A stretch of 64,000 bases of DNA from Haliotis cracherodii. Lineage: Eukaryota. The notes under the pieces are model-generated. The model did no database searches and was not told where the DNA came from. It saw only the letters and a list, made by a program, of their open reading frames with translations. Positions within the stretch are counted from its first letter, which is position 1, and the number at the start of each line of letters is the position of its first letter. The translations under genes and the position numbers were made by a program. Location of the stretch: NCBI RefSeq assembly GCF_022045235.1, contig NW_027266273.1, positions 3,472,001 to 3,536,000 of the forward strand, written 5' to 3'. This document shows, one piece after another, positions 40,929-51,609 of the stretch.

Positions 40929-41172
40929 TGTATGTCTGTGCATATATGTGTGTGTATGTTTGTGTACGCATGTGTGTATACACTGTAGGTGTGTGTACAT
41001 GTACATGTTTGTGTGTAGATTGGTGGGAAGGTAGGTGTGTATGTATATATGTTTGTATGCTTGTGTACGCATGTGTTTATGTGTTTGTGTATGTGTTTAT
41101 GTATGTGGGGTAGGCAGATAGGCAGGTGTCTGTATGTGTGTATATATGTGAGTGCATGTATGTGTAGATACA
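40928..41172. repeat. Degenerate (TG)/(TATG) microsatellite
   Basis: Low-complexity TG-rich run next to the Tc1 right end. Confidence 0.85.
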
Positions 41173-41778
41173 CGTAGTTATCAAGGTTATAATTGTGTAC
41201 AAACTACTTACATGTTTATATTGTAAAACAACGTCGTGATCTTTTGCATGTGAAATATGTAATGTGCTTTGATCATCTAAAGGAAATCAACGTAAGGCAT
41301 GGTCTGTCAAGGGAAAGTGGAAGTAAATAATATTGTAGATGGCAATCTTAGTGTATAGACAGGTGTTTTTGAAGAAACTGGTTGACCCACATGTTGAAAC
41401 TAACAACATTATCGACTACCCTTAGTGTGTGACGACTCATGGGTAACGGGTGGCCTAGTCGTCTATAGTGTCGTAATGTGATAATGAAAGTATCAGAACC
41501 CGCTGATCAGGGTTTACTTCTTTATTTCTTATGTAAACAACCATTGGTTTATATAGAATGCGTTTTGTGAGGACACATGCTCACATACATGCATGGAATG
41601 AAACGTTAAAACAGTGTACGTTTTCTTAACATTTCTTTTCCACTTGCATGGTACTCAAATTCCAAAAGTTTTGCATTGTGTATCAAATAGCATCAAATCT
41701 GAAAGACATGAACTATATTTACAAAGATACCTGTATTCACAATTTGAACAAATAAACACTTTTTTCTTTCAGAAAAGA

Positions 41779-42921
41779 ATGTCATGCGAATGCAGTACCT
41801 GCAAGGAGGTTAAAGGCCTTTACATAGAATCACAGAAAAAAGTGCCAAATCTGTTCGTTGAACACATTGACATAGACGATTTGAAGGGGAAAAGGAAACG
41901 TAAAGATAAAAAGAAAATAAAACTGAGACAAATCGAGATCAAGTTGTCCGCACTGCGAAACACAGCAGGTGGCAACATCATTCTTCATGTCAGCGGGACG
42001 GCATGTGGTGACCGTTTCTTGGGATGCGTTGATGAGTTTCTAGAAGAAAGTTTGAACAATTTCATATGTGATGGAACCTTGTTTGTAGATACATACAAAC
42101 GGAAATGGCTGTGTGAAATAAGTACGTTTGAGAAATTCACAGACTGCATCCTAATATCGGTTGAGAAAACCAAAGGTGTTGCTACTGTAGATTTCAAAAC
42201 TAAAGTTTGCTCGGATTTAAAGGTCGAAAGACCATCAACGCTTAACATCGTGTCTCTCTTGTCTCACAGAAAAGCGTCCTCCGAAAAAGGTGCGGAATTA
42301 AGGGGCTTGCAACCAACTCCACACGAAAGTCGAAACATCCAACTCAAAGCATATAGACCAAAAAAACAAGACAAAAGCGCCATTGAAAGTCACCCAGATA
42401 CAATTGCCAAATATATTTGGGAAAAACTTCGATTCCGAGAATATCTCAGTTGTATGACAAAAAATGAAGAAGGGGGATCCTTTTATCTAGGAATTACCGA
42501 AAAAGAAACAAAATATACAAACACATCACCGGACAGCTCATTCACTTACAGTAGTTGTGTTCCAGATATCGAAGGATTTGTGTTGAACTTTAGCCAAGAT
42601 GACTTAAAGAATAGTCTCATGTGTTTGATTCAATCTCATGTTACGATACTACAGGCAGATGTGGATACAGTTTTTAAGGACATTTCACCAGATCTTGTAA
42701 AATTTCGGTTTTATAATTGGGGAAAAAGTACTCCTGAAGGCAACAGGTTTGTCCTTGAGATTGCAGTTGGTTACACGGGCGGGATAGTGTTTTATGACAA
42801 AGAAGGTCCCCTGGCGTATCACGTTAAAGGAGGGGAGGTTGAAAGAATCACCCCAGATGATTGGTTCCGCAGAGTAACAAACACATTTGATGATCTTAAA
42901 TGCGATTCATCTCAACATTAA
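41779..42921 (+). CDS. SLFN-like: Schlafen-like (AlbA_2 core) protein copy C, 380 aa, intact, single coding exon
   Basis: Same Schlafen motifs as copy B. The start is placed at ATG 41779, 6 nt after acceptor tttttctttcag (ends 41772), matching the paralogs; the ORF-track start at 41614 is intronic. Confidence 0.87.
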   Translation: MSCECSTCKEVKGLYIESQKKVPNLFVEHIDIDDLKGKRKRKDKKKIKLRQIEIKLSALRNTAGGNIILHVSGTACGDRFLGCVDEFLEESLNNFICDGTLFVDTYKRKWLCEISTFEKFTDCILISVEKTKGVATVDFKTKVCSDLKVERPSTLNIVSLLSHRKASSEKGAELRGLQPTPHESRNIQLKAYRPKKQDKSAIESHPDTIAKYIWEKLRFREYLSCMTKNEEGGSFYLGITEKETKYTNTSPDSSFTYSSCVPDIEGFVLNFSQDDLKNSLMCLIQSHVTILQADVDTVFKDISPDLVKFRFYNWGKSTPEGNRFVLEIAVGYTGGIVFYDKEGPLAYHVKGGEVERITPDDWFRRVTNTFDDLKCDSSQH

Positions 42922-43058
42922 GCAAGAATCCTATTAACACGTATCAGTGGCCCGTTTCCTCTACGTGAAAACATTAGGTAGCTTAATGTCTATGGACATC
43001 GCCTCATTACTGCATAATCTAACCTTACGTACCTGTTTTGATCAGAAATAATATCAAA

Positions 43059-46000
43059 ATGACATCCAGTTCCGATGCGAATCGTTCGAGTGTTTCAGAT
43101 GGCACTTTAGACAACCTTCATATAGGAATGTCTTGTGCTTATCATAAACAAAGTGACGCTAGCAGTGACAGCCATGCTGAAGCATATGACAACGCAGAAT
43201 CGACCACCGTACGCATAAGCAGAACAGATCAAGTCCCAGGTGAGATGCTTCCTTTCATTGTTTGTGATAAATATTGCCGTAAATATTTCGTGATCACTTC
43301 AAAACTGGATTCTTACATGTAACAGCCACCTATGCATTTAGCATGTATTGGTCAGTAGAATCAAATTGTGTCCATGTGACGTTTAATGTTAATGTCTAAT
43401 GTTAACGCCAGTACGAGAGTACTGTGTTTGATTAAACACTCAAGACACCATCCTGTATTATCAGTTCAAACAAGGTGTCTCCAATTGACCAGATGTGTCG
43501 AAACTGTTCTTGTCATACGTCAGCCTTTGTTATCAAAGTTTCACATTAATTATTGACGTTTTTAGTCAAAACCTTTATAAGCACAGAGAAGATGTTTACA
43601 AAGATTTCTATTGAAGTCAGCTTCTTCGTATTAGTTTGTTTGGTTGTTTGTTACGGCGACTGAAGATCTATTCTACTTTATATTAATATGTGAGTGAGTG
43701 AGTGAGTTGGGTTTAACGCCGCTTTTAACAGTATTCCAGTGATATCTAGGCGTGTCAGCTTAATGTGGGAGGAAAGCCCGAAGTCATGCAGGCCTCAGAC
43801 GTTTACCACTTCGGTGAAACCCACGAGCACGGATATGGTGCTGACTAACCTAGAAACATAATCGGATTCGAACCCACAATCATAGGTTTCTGGCGTGCCC
43901 AAGGGACGCAACTCTGCACAGCGAATCGCGGCGCCTTAGACGACTGGGCCACCCGTGCCCCCATATTAATATGTATATGTACATGTTTCAGGGTAGCGTC
44001 TCATTACTATATATTTTTTATGTATATATACATAAAGTTTCAGAGTAGGTTCTTATTACTTTATATTTTTTATGTATATATACATAACGTTTTCCAGTTA
44101 TAACAGTATTCCAGTTATATCTAGGCGTGTCAGCTTAATGTGGGAGGAAAGCCCGAAGTCATGCAGGCCTCAGACGTTTACCACTTCGGTGAAACCCACG
44201 AGCACGGGTATGGTGCTGACTAACCTAGAAACATAATCGGGGCGAACCGGGATTCGAACCCACAATCATAGGTTTTTGGCGTGCCCAAGGGACGCAACTC
44301 TGCACAGCGAATCGCGGCGCCTTAGGCGACTGGGCCACCCGTGCCCCCATATTAATATGTATATGTACATGTTTCAGGGTAGCGTCTCATTACTATATAT
44401 TTTTTATGTATATATACATAACGTTTCAGAGTAGGTTCTTATTACTTTATATTTTTTATGTGTATATACATAACGTTTCAGAGTAGGTTCTCATTTCTTT
44501 ATATCAGTATATGCACACAGCGCTTCAGAGTAACGACTTATTCATTCATCATGCCTATCCACACTACAGACGTTGACAGACGTTGACATCCATAAAACAT
44601 GATTCTTATGGCACAAATAAGATATTGTTTCAATAAAGTATATTTTCCCAACATCAAAATTCAGGATAAATGTGAGGGTAAATGGGGTAGATTCTGTGTG
44701 TCATGTATAAGTGTGCATTGGTCGCTGGAGACTATGTGTTGTTTATTTTCATTTATAAAAATACTCCAACGCTAATCTCTGTTACCCAGATGAAGTACCT
44801 GAGGATGAGCATCAGCCGCTACCTTCCAGTAATTATCAGAAGGATTTGTCAATAGACATTATGATGAACATTCAAAAACAACAAGGTGAGACAAAATGAG
44901 GAGAAAATAGAAACATGATAAAGGTTGAAATAATAAGAACATTTGTTTGACAAGGAAATGAATATCAGAGTGATTCAAAGAGTAAGATTCGCTGAGTGTA
45001 AAACATTAAGGATGAGCATAAGGGATATTGGGATTTTGTTGAATATTTCGCTAAGAATATTATTTTCACCCTGATTGCTCAAATTACGCGTAGTTCATTG
45101 TTTTCATTGCTTTAAAAGTGACCAAACCCAAGTTTATTGTCGAATACAATAATCATTGAAGATGACGTACATGTGTGAAAAGAATAGCGGCGGCGTCATA
45201 GCGCGAGACTGACTTAGTAGTGTTATTGTGGCACATGTTTGAAGTAGTCATATTATTATTATGTTATGTGGCGAAGAGAAACAAATTATTTCCATTCAGT
45301 TGGCAGGTTTGTTCGTTTGTTTGTTTGTTTGTTTAACGCCGCACTCAGCAATATTCCAGCAACATGACGGAGATCAGTGAAAAAATCGAATCTGAATCAG
45401 ACAATCTTGTGATGGAGCATCGATCCACGCAAAATTAAATATATGTGTTGGTGCTGCCAGGTAAAGTTGTGTTCAACATCAATGACCATACACTGCGCAT
45501 GATGAATGAATGAGAACATTGAACACCCATACACCTGTAAATAGACAGTTCCAGAGTATATGTGTTAATATAGGCAAAATATGGTTTTATCCATGTCATC
45601 CTCGTCATATTCATTGATTTCCTTTTTGTAAACATGACATTCTTCTTATGGACATTCAACGAGATGAATGAAAGCATAGAAAGAGAGAGCATGCACTTTT
45701 CATTCAATTATACATGTGCACCTCTATGTATGTTAACATGTGTTGATAAATATGTCATGTGGTTTATTTTGAAAATAAGTATAATTGTTACCATGGTGTC
45801 ATTCCCTGTTTGACAGACACAATACTGAAGGAGATAAGGGAGATCAAAGACACACAGAAGGAGATTCAACGAGATTTGGTGAGATTGAAAGGTAAAGGTA
45901 GTCTCGTTAAAGTCTTGTCATCTGATGCCCATGTTACTCCCCAATACACAGCACATCCATAGTTTATCGAGTGGTTGTACTTTGTGCGGACAGTATGACA

Positions 46001-47492
46001 CGGTGGTCTGAGGTACCGGGATTCTCTGTGCCAGTAGTTGCTATCCTCGAGTCGTGGTTTCAAATCCCACATCCCACATGACCCGTGAAGATCCGGGGTG
46101 GAATAGGTCCTCAGCAACCCATGCTTGCCGTAAAAGGTGACTACGCTTGTCGTAAGAGACGACTAACGGGATCGGGTGGTCAGACTCGCTGACTTGGTTG
46201 ATTCATGTCATCGATCCCAGTTGCTTGGATCGATGCTCATGATATCAATCACTGGATTGTCTGGTCCAGACTCGATTATTTACAGACCGCCGTCATATAG
46301 CTGGACAATTGCTGAGTGCGGAGTTAAACAACCAGCCAACCAAATCCCACATTTGCTACGGTTATGTTCTCATTGGTTGCACCAACGTAGTAAACCTACA
46401 AGGGCTGTACCATGACCATACAGTCTCATCATGTTTCGTGCTTGTATTTTGTGCAAACAGTGTGACACGGTGCTCTGACGTACTGGAATTACAAGTACAG
46501 ATAATGCGATCTGCTTGTCGTGGCTTCGAATCCCACATGCGCTCCGATTATTATCCTTGGTCAAAGTACCGTACCGTGTCAACATAGTCTCATCATGTTC
46601 TTCAAGCAGGTTTTCTTTACGTAAATGTATAAAGCACAACATTCAGTGATGGACATGATAGGAAGTTTGGCTATCTGTCTTCATTTCAGGCCGCAGTTGT
46701 TATGGTGACACCAATGTAACGGGTCTTAACTATGAAAGACGTGCCCGATATTCAGTGAGTATGATCCAATATATTTCCCATAAGAGTTTGATTCTGACCA
46801 TGATTAAGAAAATAACGTTGACTAAGCCAAGCCGAATACGCCTAAAGTAAAAGAACTCTGTCTCACTTAGACATTTGTGATGTAATCGAATTCATCATTC
46901 ACACCATATTAGTACATTCGTATGCACATATTTTATATGTTATTCATGTCATGAACTTACATGTATATTTTGTTCGATACAAATACCAAGTAGGCAGCTT
47001 GCGAAAGACCGTGGATGAACAAGTACTATTTCAAAGATGAGTGAGTGAGTGAATGAGTTGGGTTGAACGCCGCTTTTAACAGTATGCCAGTTATATCTAG
47101 GCGTGTCAGCTTAATGTGGAAGGAAAGCCTGAAGTGATGCAGGTCTCAGACGTTTACCACTTTTGTGAAACCCACGTGCACGGGTATGTTGCTGACAAAC
47201 CTAGAAACATAATCGGGGCGAACCGGGATTCGAACCCACAATCAGAGGTTTCTGGCGTGCCCAAGGGACGCAACTCTGCACAGCGAATCGCGGCGCCTAA
47301 GACGACTGGGCCACCCGTGCCCCCTATTTCAAAGATGAAGTTCCACGTAGATCTTATATTGGCTACCATCTGTTGCAGGTCCGTCCCCCGAGCACAGTAT
47401 GTACACAAACGACAACTGAAATTCAAGAAACGCCATTTTCGGGATCATTGTCAGAAGAATCAAATGGAGATGTTTTCATTACCAAACTTTAA
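43059..47492 (+). CDS. ORF2 copy C (176 aa); exons 43059-43239, 44790-44885, 45817-45891, 46690-46754, 47379-47492
   Basis: GT-AG introns, same phases and same lengths for exons 2-5 (96, 75, 65, 114 nt) as copy A; ends VRPPSTVCTQT...DVFITKL*. Confidence 0.85.
47038..47324 (-). mobile_element. SINE family 2 in ORF2-C intron 4
   Basis: Full-length copy with TSD tatttcaaagatga; absent from copy A. Confidence 0.85.
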
Positions 47493-48189
47493 GAATGTCA
47501 TGATTGTGTAATCACTGCGCAGCACGAACTGTCATATACAGTAATGATGTCCTAGCGACACATGTTAAGTCAGTTTATCGCCGATATGAAGCTGTGCAGT
47601 TGACAATCAGACAAAACGTCAAATCATCAAAGGTACGGCGTTTAATATCTGACGAAAAGTGAATTAATTCCTTGTTTTGAACGTTTGTGAATTGCTTACG
47701 ACAATAGTCGCTGTGCGTAGAAACTTAGGAAAATACGGAACGTTCATCACATTTTTTTAACGATTTACTTAAGACAAATTTAAGTATCATTAATTATATC
47801 ATTTGTGAAACTTTAACAGGATGCGTTATTTCCCTATATGCCTCTTTAGTATGAATTTAGTGTCCATTGACCACAGCAGTTCACCCCCATATCTTTTTCT
47901 TCTGGGCTTTATATAAATTGCTTCAGGATTTTATAATGCCCAGCTTGTATCATACATAATCTATGCACTGCACTGTTTAGTACCTTCAGTATTATATAAC
48001 ATGTATGCTTTCACAATTTCTATATTTCTCATTTTAAAAATCAAATTTCATACCCCACGCGAGCATATTTTACAATTTTAATGATAGAAACTGATCAAGT
48101 CGGTGTTGTTTCATTTCCATGTTAATTGCTGTTGCATATGATACTATCCCGATCCATAGACAACGATCAATGTACGTCAGCAGTTCAGC

Positions 48190-48595
48190 ACAAGAAGTAG
48201 AAAGATTGTACAAGAAGTAGAAAGATTGTACAAGAAGGAGAAAGATTGTACAAGAAGGAGAAAGATTGTACAAAGAGCAAGATTGTACAAGGAGAAAGAT
48301 TGTACAATAAGGAGCAAGATTGTACAATAAGAAGAAAGATTGTACAAGGAGAAAGATTGTACAAGAAGGAGAAAGATTGTACAAGGAGAAAGATTGTACA
48401 AGAAGGAGAAAGATTGTACAAGGAGAAAGATTGTACAATAAGGAGAAAGATTGTACAAGGAGAAAGATTGTACAATAAGGAGAAAGATTGTACAAGAAGG
48501 AGAAAGATTTACAAGAAGGAGAAAGATTGTACAAGGAGAAAGATTGTACAAGAAGGAGAAAGATTGTACAAGAAGGAGAAAGATTGTACAAGAAA
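48190..48595. repeat. 19/22-bp minisatellite (aaggagaaagattgtac...)
   Basis: Visible tandem array; it generates the low-complexity ORFs at 48070-48699. Confidence 0.93.
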
Positions 48596-51500
48596 TCCAA
48601 ATCGTTTCACTCAATGCACCCGCAGAAAAGAGTACCCCTTCTGATTCTAATCTGAGTGTGTATGTTGCTATTCATGTATATTTATATTCCTGCTTTTAAT
48701 TGGTGTTTGTTTGTTGTTTGAATATGTACTCAGCAATATTCCAGGTTATATGACGACGTCCTGTAAACCGATTGATCTTTATGATCCACGCGGTTGGGGG
48801 AACATTGACAAGCTATAAAAAGATCACCGAACCTGACCACAGGATACATAAAATCGCCTCTTACCACATGCATAACTTCGTGGGGGAAAAAATACCCATC
48901 CCCATAGGGAATTATCAAGACGTTCTTTTGGTATATGGTATAGTATACCTATTCGCTTCCCGGCTTTGAGATTATTTCAAAATATACACATACAGGAGCT
49001 ATATGTTACACTATTTTGAAGTTCAATTGAAAATAAAATATTCATATTCTTTGCCAAAGTTTTTCTTTTACATGCTTCATGTGGTTGATATGAACACTTC
49101 CTTCTGGTTGTCTTAATTAAAATATCAAAGTGGTTCTGAATCATATTTCAACATCTATCGAAATTGTGTAATTTCAACAGTTTAACATTACTATTTGAAA
49201 ACGTGAACGGTAGAAAATAACCAGTCTCGAATATCTGCCGAAATAGATTCCATTGGGCGAACAATGCAAACAGTGATGAAAATGATTTGAATGAATCACT
49301 GAAAATCTGTGATGACACCAGGTGTTCGCGAAAAAGGGTAAGCATGTCCTGTCCTAACAGCCGCACCCGCAACACAGTTTTCATCACTATAGTGCTGGGA
49401 GTAAGGATTTCTTCAGGCAACGTAAATCGGTGGTGTGTGGAGGGTCGGTGGTTTAGTCCCGTGGCATCGTCACACTAACAGATGGAACTGCTTGTTACCC
49501 TACCTGGCCCTCGGTATTACGGGGACAAAACATGGACTAGTCGACTATAAAGTGCAATGTGCCTGCGTGGGACAAGCACTAGCACGTCATGATCACCTCA
49601 CCTCACCACAGCTTACCTCACCTCAACTCACCTCGCCTCGCCTCACCTCACCTCACCTCACCACACCTCACCACAGCTTACCTCAATGTCCACGATGCAA
49701 CAATTCATCTTGTAGTTGTACAAATAACTTGATATTAATACATTTAAATTGAAATGCTGTCTTTCCTTCATGTTCATATCGTATATGCATGGAAGTGTCA
49801 ACATTCTATGCTATACTCCACAATTAAGATCGAGTGAGGTTTGTTGAATGCCTCTTTCACTTCGGTGAAACCCAGGAGCACGGACAGGTTTGCTGACAAA
49901 CCTGGATATATGATCATTGGCGAATCGGGGATTCGAACCCACGATCATAGGTTTCTGACACGCCTTAGTGACGCACCTCTGCACATGAAATTGAGGCGCC
50001 TTACGGGATTCAAACCATACCTAAAATATGCATTCCTTTAATTTTTGTACAAATAAATAAAAGAGCAGTGAAAATGCACTGACATCACCAAAACGCCTGC
50101 TGAAATAGTGAGCGCCATCTCCTTCGTAATGACAGAGTGGAGAGCACGCATTTGTTTTCTTTCTGACACTAATTTCATAACATCAACTCAGTGTAATGGT
50201 GCTGATTAATACTCTTTAGTGGAATCAGAAATTAGGACAGTGCAAATGTAAACGTGTGTCATGACATCACCTTTTGTTGACAATTATGACTGACAAGACA
50301 AGTTCAGTAGCATCGACAATATTTCACGGGTTTGTACACACGACGTTCCTCTATCACCCGTGAATACAACTGGCAGATGTATATCGTTGGCGGGTGTGTA
50401 TCGTTTGTCAGTTAATGACACGAGGACGTGTATAACTCACGGATGTCAAATGAGCCCTGCTCCGTGCATGAACTTTCTGCTTCCCGTCCGATTGCCTGAC
50501 ATTGAAGGATATGTTGAGCAGATACCACAAGGCTATTGCCCATATTGCACACAATGTCAAGCGAGAAGGCTGTGTCTATTGCACGGCATTGGTCCACTAT
50601 TTGCACGATATCGTGTATACAGACGGTCCGAAGCGAGAACCATTGTCGTTTGAGTGATGTTAACTGATCGCTCATTGGCCCTCCCTCGTTTCCCTCTCGC
50701 TGGAACAAGGCCTCCATTGATTCGTTGGTTAAAAATAGCGACACCATAGTAAAGCGGCCCTTTATTTACGGATGATGGGGAAGGGTAGTGCATACAAACA
50801 CGTCAAGGATTGATACTGGGGCAACGAAAGCAGAAAGAAAGCGTTCATACACATGAAGCGCTAGTAAAATCATGCTTTACTGACGTAACTGATTCACAGA
50901 ATCGTCTTTGATAAGTGAGTGAGTGAGTTAGGTTTAACGCCGCTTTTAACAGTATTCCCGTTATATCACGGCGTGTCAACTTAATGTTGGAGGAAAGCCC
51001 GAAGTGATGCAGGTCTCAAACGTTTACCACTTCGGTGAAACCCATGAGCACGGATATGATACTGACAAACCTAGAAACATAATCGGGGTGAACCGGGATT
51101 CGAACCCACTATCATAGGTTTTAGGCGTGCCCAGGGGACGCAACTCTGCACAGCGAATCGCGGCGCCTTAGACGACTGGGCCCCCCCGTGCCCCCCGTCT
51201 ATGATGAACTTGCCGGTCTGTGTCACCAGGTAGCTGACCTCTTCAAGTTCATATCAGAGATGTGATTGACAAAAGAAATGTCACTGCATGATTATACACA
51301 GTGAAGTGGTCTTTAAATCATCAGGGGCGGTTGGGTTACCTAGCGGTTAAAGCGTCACGCCGAAGACCCGGGTTCGATTCCCGACATGGGTACAATGTGT
51401 GAAGCCTATTTCTGGTGTCCCCTGCCGTGATATTGCTGGAATTTTGCAAAAAGCGGCGTAAAACCATTCTCACTCACTCACTTAAATCATCAATGTTAAT

Positions 51501-51609
51501 CAGAAACATTATTTCGGTTTGAAACCTCTGTGACCAATCAGAGTCAGATAGTGGCTTGAGTCCTTGTAGAATGCAATATTACAACCTCTAACGGTCCTCT
51601 CGACGTCAG

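Noticed and set aside
41614-41778. 55-aa N-terminal extension of Schlafen C in the ORF track
   Set aside because: It starts at GTG upstream of a strong acceptor and is not conserved in frame in the paralogs; intronic.
48070-48699. Hydrophobic or charged repeat ORFs up to 176 aa
   Set aside because: Translations of the 19/22-bp minisatellite.
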